A stretch of DNA of 63,761 bases, counting the filler, from Octopus bimaculoides (Eukaryota): the NCBI RefSeq assembly GCF_001194135.2. It is 3 parts of 3 records of this genome, joined end to end, with 100 filler letters (N's around TTAATTAATTAA, not from the genome) between each part and the next. Parts side by side here need not be neighbours in the genome. Positions count along the whole stretch, not along the records: positions 16,852 to 47,854 come from NC_068999.1; positions 47,955 to 63,761 come from NC_069001.1; 1 more part is not named here. One strand, written 5' to 3'. The first letter of the stretch is position 1. Each line of letters opens with the position of its first letter. A program made the translations under genes and the position numbers. The notes under the pieces are model-generated. The model had not been told where the DNA came from. It ran no database searches and saw only the letters and a program-made list of their open reading frames with translations. Positions 38,536-52,200 of this stretch are shown piece after piece.

Positions 38536-39566
38536 ATATATATATACAGACTGAGAGAGAGTTACACAGTCAAACACATACATACACATACACACACACA
38601 CATATATATGCATGTATGTATACAAATGCATTATTGTTGCAGAATTCTTATTTTGATGTCTTCACCTGATATTGTTATATGTGGGAGAAGGCCTGCAGTT
38701 GCTACGTGTTATAACTTCAGAGTATATAGATAGAGCAGACAAATTAATACTGTACAAATATCTAAACGTATACGATGATGATCTCAAAACGAATATTTCG
38801 AGTTGACATTATCATATATTCTTAAAGAATAAATATCATTTGTTTTATCATTGTAGAAGCACAGCTACTCTTTTTTGATACCGAGACAAATGTATTTGCT
38901 GACAGGAATTTTCGGAAAATATAAAACAAATGTATTCATATTATATGATGGAAATTCATATATTGTATTACACCTGTCAACCCGATTTTGTAGCGTTACT
39001 GAATTTAACATTTTGCGAGACTTCAAGATTGACATTACAGAAGAGGCGTTCGTTGTAGTACACAAAGAAATACCCCGAGGAAAATCTTTGTGAGCACTAC
39101 ATGAATATAAATGTAATAAAACAACATAGAAACAGAACAAAGATTGCACACGATATAAAATAGAAACATACTCAAATGACTTCGTGACAAATAACTTCAA
39201 TAATAACGACTTTGGCATCGAAAAAATAAACACTATCCCATCTCTGAACGCACATTCAAACGCGCGCCTACGATTTTAAAGTATACTTTGACTAAAATCA
39301 CTCGTAGCGCAAATGCTAGAGATTTCGATGTCAAAAATATATTAGATAGATTCGAATTCAGAGATTTAAAAAGGATGTGTCACAAACACACGTTTCTTTG
39401 TTACAGGAATTCGTTGGCGGAAAACAGTGAGGAAATTGGCATAAGTTTACTTCACAAACAACGCAGAGATGAACTTTCATTGTACACAACTACAGAATAA
39501 AGATGGAACCGATGAAAGACAGTTATAAGAAAAACGTATCTACTTGTTTGTGTTAAAGGTTGTAGG

Positions 39567-39788
39567 AAGGCGGCAGACTGGCAGAGTCTTGCGCATATTT
39601 GGCTTCACAGCATTTCATTCATCTTACCTTCTGAAACAATAATCTGTTCAGGTTCATTTTTCCTTTTCAGCACGTTTGGGGTCGATAAAATAAGAACTTG
39701 TTAGACATCTGAGTCGATGTAATCGACTTAGCCCCTGGTAATCGACTTAGCCTTTGTAATCGTTGATGTTGTGCCAAACTTTTAGAAC
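39567..39788 (+). mobile_element. Diverged tRNA-derived SINE (dominant family) with a ~19-bp internal tandem duplication
   Basis: 'aaggcggcagactggcagag...ggggtcgataaaataag...gtcgatgtaatcgacttagcccctggtaatcgacttagcc'. Confidence 0.7.
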
Positions 39789-42164
39789 GTTTTCGAAGGT
39801 CGATTTTGCGACTTAATAGCCGATTTAATTGGTCGTATAATGCGACATTTGTTCATATGTTGATAAAAAACATTTCGTATAATGCACCGGTGACAGTATA
39901 GAGGTATGACATCCATATTGGTCATTGATTCATTGATCCCTTTGTAGTGTATATATTATAGCTGCAGTTTGAATGAAAATGTAATTAATAAAATGTTTCG
40001 TCGCAGTCATCAAAAATCTATATGACATCACGTACTCAAAGACTGTGTTCACATTCTGAGGCTGTCGCTATTTGTGAATAGATAAACATTTGAAATGTGG
40101 CTGACAATGCACCAGCAATTGCTGGTAGGTTTGCTCTTAATTTATTTTTGTGAAATTATTGTACTTCGAAAGATTGCTATCATGAAGTACTCCAAACGAA
40201 GCTCTATAATGTATTGTTTTTTTGTAAATATTCACTTAGTGGCACATACAAATTATAATTCTGCTATTGATTTTACTCTAGTAAATATTATTTTATCTTA
40301 ATTACTTGTCAGTCTCTATTTTATCACGCTATGCATTTCACGTTTCAGAAGGAATGCAATTGATGTTATCACTTGTGTTTGATATTTTATTTTACTGGGT
40401 GGTCCATTTAGTCATTGTTATTCTGGAGGTAGTACCAGGCCTTATCTTTCTGGTTTTATCTCAGATCTTTGAGCCGACAATATTTTCACCGGTTTGCTTA
40501 TTTTAAATCTAGTTTTTCACATTTTTTCCATGGAGTGTTTACCTCTCCATTCTTCTTCATTATGTATTGGAGATTCATTTTGGCTTTGACGTTCACTTGT
40601 CATGTATTTTATGTCGTTTTCACCCGTTATCTAAATTTGCTCTTTCTCTTTCGTTGGTTTCTTGTTTCTGAATTGGCATTTTGTTGTGTAAGCATTTTGT
40701 TTTGCTTCCATATCATTTATTATACTTATCAAGTGACATTTCTTTTATTTTAGTCATCTTTCCAATACTTCAGTGTTTATATTATTCCATATACCGATGT
40801 GTCAAAGGTTTTGCCAGCTTTTGTGCAATCTGTCAGCTTTCAGGATACAAGAAAACTTCGTGATGAACAATTTTGAATACACTGATTGTTCAATGGTTTG
40901 TCTCTCTGACCTTTTCAAATCAAGTTAAATAACAAAATATTTTGCTTCACATGTAGCAAATGTATTTTGAAATGAAACATGCTACTGCTTTATAGTCATC
41001 AATCATACTGAATTAACATTTTACTCTTAGATTCGAATTATACTCTTTGATACTTATGTACTCTAACATCCCTGCACCTATGATATCGTCTCCGTTTTCT
41101 TCTAGATAGCTGTGCTGCTGCTTTGGTTTTAGTCTATGATTTCTTTCAGTGTCTAAGTAAGTTAAATAACACAGTTCGTATTACATGCGTCTTTATATAG
41201 TGGACTTTTTATGTTTGCCTATTCCTATAATCATTTCTATAACATGAACTGAATAATGCAATTCTGAGTAAACATAGAGCTGTGCTTTGTAAGCATATAC
41301 GCATAGTATATNNNNNNNNNNNNNNNNNNNNNNNNNNNNNNNNNNNNNNNNNNNNNNNNNNNNNNNNNNNNNNNNNNNNNNNNNNNNNNNNNNNNNNNNN
41401 NNNNNNNNNNNNNNNNNNNNNNNNNNNNNNNNNNNNNNNNNNNNNNNNNNNNNNNNNNNNNNNNNNNNNNNNNNNNNNNNNNNNNNNNNNNNNNNNNNNN
41501 NNNNNNNNNNNNNNNNNNNNNNNNNNNNNNNNNNNNNNNNNNNNNNNNNNNNNNNNNNNNNNNNNACATTATCTGGTAGACCCTCAAATTTTTGCTCCTT
41601 AAGGAATTGCATGTTTTCCCACAACATCTCAAAATAAGTGTTTGTTTCATTCTACTTCTTAGGTTACTGTATGTTATTCATATATCATCAAATATACTGC
41701 GTAAGAGATTGAAGTAGAAAACATAGATACCTTTTTGGTAAACGCTTTCACAGAGCAGTTTCTGTATTTCAATAATGTTTGTTCTCTTATTTTTATCATT
41801 TCTGATTGTTCTTGTCTATTTTATATGCTGGCACGTCTTTTACCTGTTTGTCAAAATTACCTAAATATGCTTTTCGAAAATGTATGCCTTATATTTTGCC
41901 TTTTGCTCTTTTCGTTGGTCATTATATTTGTGTGTTACCCTATATAAACTTCATCTCATCTGCTTCATACTATCACCGCTCCTATGAATCTTACATGGAG
42001 CAGTCTATGCATCTCGAGGTAGTTCGTTGAACAGCGCTTATTACGTGATTCAATTATATTCCATTCTCAGACAGAGATAAGCAATCATTTTATTCTGATC
42101 CATATTCATGTATTCTTTAATACTATGTTTGTTCTCTTCCACTTTCTTAACTTTTATTTAGATC

Positions 42165-42320
42165 ATCATCATCATCACTTTTGTTCGCTAAACTGGTTTC
42201 GATATCATCATTGTGGTGTACATCGTGTACGTCGTCGTCGTCATAGTCTTCGTCTTCTTCATCAACATCACCATCATCATCAACATCGTTCTTCGCCTCA
42301 TCTTCATCATCATCATCATC

Positions 42321-42374
<54 letters not shown>

Positions 42375-42415
42375 CGCAGCAGCGGTAGCAGCAGCAACAG
42401 CATCATCATCATCGT
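42165..42415. repeat. Degenerate (CAT)n/(CAG)n trinucleotide tract
   Basis: Direct reading; source of the poly-H, poly-M and poly-I pseudo-ORFs. Confidence 0.9.
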
Positions 42416-43945
42416 CCCCTTGTCACCCTCATCGTTGTCGCAGCCTGAGGCGATTAACACATGACTACACGAGCCATCAAAGTATGCTGCAAACATTAGT
42501 TTCGTAGCTTCTACATACACACAGCCTACCAGATTAGACAGAATGCTCACAGCCATAATGGCTCTCATCGGAGATTCGCTGTCTCTAAACAATAAGGCAA
42601 TTTCTAATAACGTTATAAGTATTATCGTTTCAATATTGATCACAAAACCTTTCATTATTATTGTCATTCTCTATACACTGTATTAAATAATCTAACATTA
42701 ATCATCCTAATTATACTCAAAGATTTATCGTATCAATAATTAATCTTAAGTTGTTAATGATCCACGTAGTTTAGAGTTCTTCATCATAACATCTTGTCCT
42801 TACTCAAATGGCTTCGTAAACATTTTGCTACATTTGTAGACATTATATATATATATATCCGCATTTCCTTTGTTGAATAAATTAATTTGATATCCCCAAT
42901 ATTAATATCCGTTTTTTTTTTTATCTCTAATAACTAATATTTTGAAATTTCAAACAGAGAGTAAACGATAATGAGAAAAAATATATAGGGAAAAATCACT
43001 ATATTGAATTTCAACGTCTTAAATATTTTTCATACCATCTTTTATTTCACTGCCTTTCTTCTTTTTTGATTACTTCTTTCATTCTTATATATAGAATTGG
43101 AAAAACTCGCAGAAGAATTAATTGATTTTATTGCAAAAAGTTTAGATACATTTAATTACAGTATTAGAAGGGACATTATATTAAAGGGCTAATTAAGCAT
43201 TTAAGTTGACTGAAAGCTAAATAATAATGCGTAATGATGCCTTCTGGATTAAGGCTTTTTTTCTGAATATGGAAATGTGTCCTACATAGACAGATAAAGG
43301 ATCGTAACCATATATGAGATAAAATGTGTTAGTGCTTATTCATTTGGAATATAGACTGTCAGCACAAAAGCAAATATGATTGTGCAAATGAAAATAACCC
43401 TACAGAATGAATGTGAAAGATGCGAAAGTTAAATCTCCGTAGTTAAATCATACTTTAATTAGTTACATAGAAATATTTGAATATATATATTATTATTAGA
43501 CAAAAAAAGATAACAAATCAAGGCTGTGAGGATTTTTCTGGACAATTATAAGGAAATATAGTCTTACAGCTGTTTCGGGAATATTATGGCTATCCCTTTG
43601 AATGAGCAACACAGAATCCACGGCTCCATACTTAGAAATGATTAAACATGAACTACTATTGGAACTTATATACCATGTACAGGAAACGTTTTTACTACTT
43701 CTATACACAACTTTACTCGAGTTTTATATTTTATTTCTATTTTCATTCTTTAATTCTCCTCCTTTTCCACAAAAAAATTTTCGTTATTTCGAACCCAAAC
43801 ATTTACCTTTATTTAACCAACTCACATCGACACTGATGACGGGATATCCATAATATCACAGAAAGACCTGTAAGACTATATCTATATAAATGTCCTGAAA
43901 ACTCGTCATAGCCTTGACTTTTTTATGTTTTTTTTATCTAATAAT

Positions 43946-44104
<159 letters not shown>

Positions 44105-44976
44105 TGGCATATAATTACAACTATCAACCATCAGAGTGTACGTTCTGATAGTCAGGCCCTGATTTGAGTATAATTCATCAAGATTATTTTGAGTTTGTAT
44201 ATTTTGTCGTTCCCATAATGTGTTGACGTTGTGTGTATTCGCAATCGAGTTGGTTACATACAAAACGGATTCATTTTTTTCCCATTCAGTGTGAATATAC
44301 TTGATACGATGAATCAGACTAATTCATGTTTTGATGTTGCCAATATACTCGCAATTCATACGCACTGAATGGTAGTCGCTCCAAACAGAAGTAGCACATT
44401 TAGCATAGGACAGTTGCAAGTTGTCATGGATAGTCTGACAAACAGGCATCAATTGTCCTCATGCAGCTCCTTATCTATCGTTTGATTGCTGCGAGCATCA
44501 AACTCCAATATTCCACTTGAATAGTGAGGGGATGGTATTAAAATTGCTGTAGTCGACGAAAGACTCCACCCAAATATTCACTAATAGTCACCTGCTATCA
44601 CAGATTAATCAGTTCACATCTACGGCGTAATATCCGTGGCCAGCGAGTGTCTCGGGTAGAGCCAAGCAGCCGAGAGTAACAGATTGGAGAGGAATTGGCG
44701 CTTTCAAACGAACTGGTACTGGATCAAATACCGGATCGATGTAGGCCCAGGATAACATCTAAGAGTGAATAAACCTCAATTTTACCGACACAATGAGAGC
44801 AACAGTAGATTGAAAATAAGTGGCAAAATCTGGTATGAAATAATCAGTAGATGCCCCAATGACCATACTATCGAGAGATACGGAAGAAGGAAGCACAGAA
44901 GCCGATATTGTACTCGAAGGAGTAAACTTTGCTTACTAACATGCGTGTAGTATTCCAAGATGATAGATGCTCATGT

Positions 44977-45210
44977 TAAGGCGGCGAGCTGGCAGAAACG
45001 TTAGCGCTCCGGGCGAAACGCTTATCGGTGTTTCGTCTGCAGCTACATTCTGAGTTCAAATTCCTCAGAAGTCGACTTTGCTTTTCATCATTTCGGGATC
45101 GATAAAATACCAACTACGTACTGAGGTCGATGTTATCGACTTAATCCCTTTGTCTGTCCTTGTTTGTCCCCTCTATGTTTAGCCCCTTGTGGTCAATAAA
45201 GAAATAAGAA
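44977..45210 (+). mobile_element. tRNA-derived SINE (dominant family), near full length
   Basis: 'taaggcggcgagctggcagaaacgttagc...ctgagttcaaattcc...aatccctttgtctgtccttgtttgtcccctctatgtttagccccttgtgg.caataaagaaataag'. Confidence 0.9.
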
Positions 45211-45400
45211 GCGTTAGTACGCCGGGCGAAATACTTAACCACTATGTTTTTATTTCAAATTCAGCTGATATCAACTTTGCCTTTCTTCCTTTCGGGTTCG
45301 ATAAATTAAGTACCACTTATGTACTGAGGTCGATCTAATCGAAAGTACCACCCTCCAATTAACATTTCGGGCTTTGTGTCTAGAGCAGAAAAGATAATAG
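45209..45400 (+). mobile_element. Second, 5'-truncated SINE copy in tandem with the previous one
   Basis: Restarts at 'gcgttagtacgccgggcgaaatactta...ctttgcctttcttcctttcggg.tcgataaattaagtacc'. Confidence 0.8.
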
Positions 45401-46439
45401 ATATTTCTATAAATTTCTTGTCGAAAAGGCATTTGTATATTCATCTCAATTAGAAAGAAATAAGTTTATTGCTACAATTATATATCATTTTCTTCATTTT
45501 TTCAGGACGTTTGTATTTCTAATCCAGTAGGTTATATGAACATATGTTTCATAAAATTACATTTAGAAAGTCGGCCAATATGACTTTCTATATCGCTTAG
45601 CTATTGACATGGATATACCTTTATAAGATGCGCCAGTTCATTTCGTGCAGTGATTTTACCATGTTATGCTCTTTTCCTAGAGTGTTGTAAATGAAAATAG
45701 TGTATATCATGTGATAAGCTTATTTAAACTTGTAGAGATGGCTTAAAAAATTTCGAATTATAATAATTTACACAGAAATTAATTTTATTTACTTATTTGT
45801 GTATTTGAAAAAATAAACAATATTTAACATTTTTTTTGTTTCTATCATCTATCTTAATTCCTGGAATCTACATCTAATTCTCTCTGTATTTATTTTCTCA
45901 TAACATATATCAATATTGTCTTTCATAAAGAAACATTCACCAGTCTGTGTTCTAACGCTTGCACAAATATATATCTCCTGTATTGCTATTATAATGTACA
46001 TTACTATACTTTTATTTCAAATACAAAAGAAATAGAACGTGTTTACTTCTATATGATAATTGTTGAATCTACTTGTTTTTATGAATTTAAATTATTTTCA
46101 TTCATCTAATTTTGCGTGTAAAATAACATTTTTTCTGAAGAATATATATATATATTGTTTTTACATTTCATGTATTATAGAATACACCCATTGTTTCTCT
46201 TCATTAGCTTTCTTTTCTTTTTCGTTACCGTTCATCTATTTTTCTAACTTGTATCAATGTTTCAGTATATTTTCTCACCAAATACAAATATGTACATAAA
46301 ATATCTGTGAAGAACCGAAAGACTGCGTGGCAGTAAATGTACTGCAAATAAGAATTGCATTGTATACTCTATGAGCTAATACATATAATTCTCTCGTCCG
46401 ACTCTTTTATATATATTCGTGATACACTCCAACGTTGCA

Positions 46440-46474
<35 letters not shown>

Positions 46475-47270
46475 TCACACATTTCTTCCTACTTCAACGC
46501 CGAGATGGTATAATTTCCTGGGAGAGAGATAATTTTGCGGCTGAGGATAGCTTTACATTGTAAATTATACACATATTATATTATGTTATATTATATTATA
46601 TTATATTATATTATACACATGTAAAGCTTGAAACACGTGTACCGCGGAACCCTTTGTAGTTTTGTTGTTATTTTTTTGATTTATAATTTATATATATATA
46701 TATATANNNNNNNNNNNNNNNNNNNNNNNNNNNNNNNNNNNNNNNNNNNNNCCTGTATGTTTATTTTGAGGATACTAACATGTAAATTTGTTATTTTCTT
46801 AAACATGTATTTATCGCTAAAATCAATGTTTAATGTATGTCATTTGTAATAGGAATATTTGAAACGAGAAATTAACTGCATTTTTTATTTCCTTTACTGT
46901 GTTTCTTATTTTCTATTCAAATCAAAAGTAAACAGGTGAACAATTACTCTTACAATAAGAGTACACATAATATACATTCAATATATATTTCTACATTTCA
47001 CTTTTTCGTTTTCTCTCATTGTCTTTGTTTCTCTCTCCCTCTCTCTCTCTCTCGTTCAGTGTATAGAAGTATACACATACACCTATGTGTGTGATGCATG
47101 CGTAAATGTCTCTATATGCATATTTGTGTATGTATCTCACTCTCATTCTCTCTATTACTCTCTTTGTATANNNNNNNNNNNNNNNNNNNNNNNNNNNNNN
47201 NNNNNNNNNNNNNNNNNNNNNNNNNNNNNNNNNNNNNNNNNNNNNNNNNNNNNNNNNNNNNNNNNNNNNN

Positions 47271-47460
47271 TCATATATAGAAAAGATTAATAAGTAAATA
47301 CACTACTAAGAACTATAATAAAAATCAAAAAGTACAAAGAAATAAATATTAAAATAGTATTTTACTATTTTGATATTTATCATTTATTACTTTGTACTTT
47401 TTTGATCTTTATTATAGACCTTCTAAGTGTATTTACTTATATTCTTTTTTCTATATGTGA
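47271..47460. repeat. Long AT-rich foldback palindrome (MITE-like)
   Basis: Arms of ~90 nt pair around a 3-nt loop at 47360-47362, e.g. 'ataagtaaatacact' (47290) with 'agtgtatttacttat' (47440), and 'aaaaagtacaaag' with 'ctttgtacttttt'. Confidence 0.85.
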
Positions 47461-47804
47461 TTGTGGATTTTCACGGATGAATTAAATAATTGTGGTTTCT
47501 TCCTCTAAGTTATATATGTATATATTATATATTGTGGAATCTAATTTAATTTTGATAAATTCAATTGAATTTTTCCCTGTAAATTTGGAATGTTTTCGCT
47601 AATATTATCCTTATAATTATATACATTCATACATACATACACACATACATACATACATACGTACATACATACATACATATAGGTTATATGTGCTGATGTG
47701 TTGATCCGCAGTGTTGGAGCTGAAACAGATTTAAGATACTATACATACACACACACACACACACACATGCACACACACACACACGCACACACGCACGCAC
47801 ACGC

Positions 47805-47854
<50 letters not shown>

Positions 47855-47954
47855 NNNNNNNNNNNNNNNNNNNNNNNNNNNNNNNNNNNNNNNNNNNNTT
47901 AATTAATTAANNNNNNNNNNNNNNNNNNNNNNNNNNNNNNNNNNNNNNNNNNNN
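47855..47954. other. Scaffolding spacer: 44 N + TTAATTAATTAA + 44 N (assembly artefact)
   Basis: Identical to 16752-16851. Confidence 0.9.
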
Positions 47955-47988
47955 TATATATTTATATATGTGCATGTATGTATATATA

Positions 47989-48024
<36 letters not shown>

Positions 48025-48429
48025 TTCTACAAGATATCCAGGCGGTTGTTAACGACATGAAATCATTTCCAAATGAGTTTTACAGAAGTGAGTATAAATA
48101 TATAAATGTAATTAAGCGGGAAAAGGAAGGGAAAAAATAGAGGAGAACGGAAATCCATCGGGTTTCTTAATAAATAGGTACCTATACGGAACGTTCATCT
48201 TCCAATATCACGGATCAAAGAAAGGAAAATCCAGGCAGCTCTTCACAGTCTTTCTTCATAGATAGTTAGATATCCGGTAAGTTTCTCCCTTATCTGGGAT
48301 GTTACTCTATGAAATCTCTGGATATCTATAAATCTATGCAGAAATAATACGTAGGACTTGTTGTCCACCTGGATTAGTGAAGCTTAGTGACCAGGTGATT
48401 GGTTATTTCGGTCGGAAATCTTATATAAT

Positions 48430-48912
48430 TCATGGAGAAAACGAGAGGTTGATAAAAAAAGCCAAACTCGTTGTCTTCAATTCGGTTTTCGTGCCTCTCC
48501 TCATTTTTGGTCACGAATACAAGGGGCTGAAATGGGGTTCCTCGTGAGGATGTCTGGAGTAACGTTAATTGATAGGGTGAGTAGCTTGGAGATTAGGGAT
48601 TCGTTCCATGTCGAACCGCTACTTCTTCGCATTGAGAGATCATGCCTCTGGTACCACAGAGATGTGGTTAGAATGCCACGAGGAAGAATCACGTGACAGA
48701 TTCTTTAAGCCAAGCCAACTGGTAGGACACCAAGAATAAGATGGTTGGATAATGTCCATTATCTCAATTGGTCACTCTTGGAAATTTAGCCGCAAAATGT
48801 AATGGCGGTTGCTTCTAGTAGGACCGAATGGAGGAAGCGCCTGAGGACTCTATCCCCGCAACTCTCCTAGGAATAGGGGACAGAGAAAAGGGACTGATGA
48901 GTGAATGGATTT
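48430..48912 (+). mobile_element. RTE-clade LINE 3' end
   Basis: AKLVVFNSVFVPLLIFGHEY / GAEMGFLVRMSGVTLIDRVSSLEIRDSFHVEPLLLRIERSCLWYHRDVVRMPRGRIT*QIL*AKPTGRTPRIRWLDNVHYLNWSLLEI*PQNVMAVASSRTEWRKRL; ends in a gat/gaat-type tail. Confidence 0.85.
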
Positions 48913-49039
48913 CACAGATAGCTAGACAAAACTGAATCAGAAAGATAGAGAGAGAGAGATGGGGAGAACATGTGTGCGCGTGTGCGCGTGAGCGAGCGAC
49001 CGGACGAATGAGCGTGACTGTGCATTTGTGACGTAAGTG

Positions 49040-49086
<47 letters not shown>

Positions 49087-49938
49087 TTATATAAGATGCT
49101 ATAAACAAAAGATAACTTATGCTGTATGTATTGTGTGTTGCCACTTAAACAAAGCAACTTTCCACCACGCCCTGATGAAGCAGTTTACCTCGACGTCGTT
49201 CTCTATTTTTTAAATATAGTTTTGCGTTAACAAGCCTACTGTGAACAAACATGGAGCCTCTTCTATCTCTTGCCCCCCCTCTCTCTCTTTATACATACAT
49301 ATATCTATATCTATATCTATATCTATATCTATATANNNNNNNNNNNNNNNNNNNNNNNNNNNNNNNNNNNNNNNNNNNNNNNNNNNNNNNNNNNNNNNNN
49401 NNNNNNNNNNNNNNNNNNNNNNNNNNNNNNNNNNNNNNNNNNNNNNNNNNNNNNNNNNNNNNNNNNNNNNNNNNNNNNNNNNNNNNNNNNNNNNNNNNNN
49501 NNNNNNNNNNNNNNNNNNNNNNNNNNNNNNNNNNNNNNNNNNNNNGTATGTATGCATGTGTGTATTATGAGTGTGTGATGTGCGCATGCGTGTGTACGTC
49601 TCCTGCCCACTCTTTCACCCAGTTTCATATTCTGCAATCTGATTGGTTGAATGGAGGTCAAAACACTCCATCTAGCGGCTTTGTCACATGTGTGTACGTT
49701 TAGATTGGTGTTTTTTAATGAGAATTGCTCCAAAGAACAAAGCAACGGAGAAAACTCACAGAAAATATCAGCCTTAACAACTATAACAGAAATTATGAAG
49801 AGGTAGGAGTATCAACGTGAGTCGGAGGGAATCTGAGCGACGGCAGCCGGGGTGGAACAACTTTGCACTTGTTCCGGCCTCATGAGATCTCTTCACTAAA
49901 GTATATACCGCTGACAGTTGCTAACATAATAGAACGCC

Positions 49939-50001
49939 TAGCAGCAGCACCACCAATAGCAGTTGTACCAGCAGCAGCAGCGGCAACAGCAGCAGCAGTA
50001 A

Positions 50002-50083
<82 letters not shown>
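49939..50083. repeat. (CAG)n(TAG)n microsatellite
   Basis: Direct reading. Confidence 0.95.
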
Positions 50084-50289
50084 TTATGCGAAATCCATTC
50101 ATTGTTTAAGGAATGAGGTTGAAAAGTATCTCCAGACGTTTTTTCCTCATTAAGGATATAATTCCATGTAATTAAAAATCCATTATCAGCTCATTAACGT
50201 AGGTATGGCAGCCTACACTTTACTACGTATTTAATGAGAAGCAAACGCCCTCGGGAAATGTCCCAATGTCATAAGTGTGTGGGAGGAGT

Positions 50290-50350
<61 letters not shown>

Positions 50351-50589
50351 CACACAAACACACATACAGATACCTGATGGCTGTGTGGTGTTAGAGAAGC
50401 GGTTCCCATAGAAGGGGGTCCTAGTGGAGTGTGGTTGGAACGCCAGCGCAACGTCCCTCACTAGCAATACCAAAAAGCGCAGAGACAAACAAAGGGCGAG
50501 ATATCCGGTCCAGTAAAGCGGTAGGTTTTATCTATGTGTGTTAGCCTTCACCTAGAGTGATGCCTTAACAAAGACCAGGGTCCTTCGCT

Positions 50590-50758
50590 CCCAGTGGGCT
50601 TCCTGAGACACAGAATTACTAATTTTTCCCTAGCTGAGTGGACTGAAGCAACGTAAAATGAAAGGTTTTGCTCAAGAACACAACGCATCTCCAGAAATCG
50701 AAGGCACAATCTTTCGATCATGAGTCCGCCATCTTTACCACTAAACCCCGCTCCTCCA
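50590..50758 (-). mobile_element. tRNA-derived SINE, second family (head plus core)
   Basis: Minus strand 'tggaggagcggggtttagtggtaaag...tgtgttcttgagcaaaacctttcattttacgttgcttcagtccactcagct'; the core matches 13370-13420. Confidence 0.75.
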
Positions 50759-50824
50759 TTCTATGTATGCTTATACAGACATGCATATTCATGAATTTAT
50801 ATCCGCTGGGGTATATGACAGAAT

Positions 50825-51022
50825 CGTCAGCAGAATCGGCCAAAATGCTTCGCAGGGTTTCGCTCATTATGTTCGGAGTTCAAATTCCGCAGTGGCCGAC
50901 TTTGCCTTTCATCCGTTCGGGATTAATAAAATAAGGACCAGTTGAACGCTGGGGTCAATGTAATTGATTGACCCCTCGCCTTCTCCTAAAATTGCTGGAT
51001 TTGTGCCGAAATTTAAAACCAG
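50825..51022 (+). mobile_element. tRNA-derived SINE (dominant family)
   Basis: 'gcagaatcgg...gagttcaaattccgc...gactttgcctttcatccgttcggg...ctggggtcaatgtaattga...aaaattgctggatttgtgcc'. Confidence 0.8.
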
Positions 51023-51109
51023 TATCTTATATTAATATTCACGCAGAAAGTTACAAAAGGACTCAACGACCCAGAGTTTCGTGCATGGCACTTATCGAAN
51101 NNNNNNNNN

Positions 51110-51160
<51 letters not shown>

Positions 51161-51639
51161 AAGTCACAGACCTCAGTGCATACACGCCTCTGTACCTGGT
51201 TGACACCCTCCTCTTCTCTTCCACCTCTTCTCCTACTCATGTTTCAATCTAAAACACACACACACATTAATTCGTTCTTCCCTCTGGCTACTATCGACCA
51301 CAACATACGATGGCTCTCATCGTCCAACACCGCCATAAATAGATTTGACACCAATCAATTATGCTGTCAAGCAAATATTTAATTAAAAATAAATAGATCA
51401 CTGATATTAATCACTCCCACAAACACAGACACACACACACACCACCTTCAATAATTAACTTCAGTAATTAATTTATATTTAAATATGCTAATTTCCCACA
51501 CCTGTTCCTCTATACAATGTTATACCCCTAATAATTAATTCTGTCATCATTACTTCGGTAGATCAATGTTTTACTAAGGAGAGCTAATGAGGTAGAAACC
51601 TGTATTGAATTATTTCCTGTCTTTGGCTAAAAATAGTAA

Positions 51640-52200
51640 AGTATTAGTTATTAAGGTAATGCAGATTCTTCTGTTGACGCCCTTCTCCAGGTTTTTGAAT
51701 ACTGTGGTTGGCTGTTAGGATCCTGATAGACTCTTATTTGGATTCCTAAAGGGTCTATAGGCACCGGACTCCAAGTCCAGGGTCGTCACATCAAGGAAAT
51801 CCACCGTTTTCAGGTTGGTTTCTATCGTGATCTTAAGTCAAAGGGAATTTATGGTATGAGGTCGTTCACCCCTCTTGATATTGTTTGTGAGTGATCCCTG
51901 TAGAGGAAAAACTAGTGCAAGGGAGCTTCTTTTTGAGTAACTCAAGACGAAAAAATCCAATGAGGTCACACGTGTCAGCAGCATCAAAAGCAGTGGTTGT
52001 TACATCGAAGGAGCCTTCTGGCTCAGTGCGTTTGGCCCAGGCTGACTTCTCACTGAAGATTAGGGTTCTTCTGGCGTGCATGATAATGCAAATGTCCTTG
52101 TCACTGACTTCAGTGTAGGCCCTAGTGAAGTGCAGTATCTTAAAAAGAGCTCCCTCGATATAGATGGGTAAAAGTCCACTATATCGAATTAGGTAAACCT
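51640..52200 (-). mobile_element. Penelope-like element, RT core fragment (frameshifted)
   Basis: FDIVDFYPSISREL / AYTEVSDKDICIIMHARRTLIFSEKSAWAKRTEPEGSFDVTTTAFDAADTCDLIG / FLYRDH (cf. GLYRDDGL) / LKITIETNLKTVDFLDVTTLDLESGAYRPFRNPN, a near-diagnostic series of PLE RT motifs in order. Confidence 0.9.

Noticed and set aside
38865-39233. 122-aa minus-strand ORF with a hydrophobic segment
   Set aside because: Non-ATG start in the track; the frame is not preserved in the paralogous copy at 35 kb; no known motif.
48895-48920. CTGATGA-GTGAA/TTCAC stem resembling a hammerhead
   Set aside because: Followed by AGATA rather than GAAA; lies in the RTE tail repeat.
49175-49200. cctgatgaagcag...cgacgtcg, a hammerhead-like start
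   Set aside because: No GAAA and no closing stem II.
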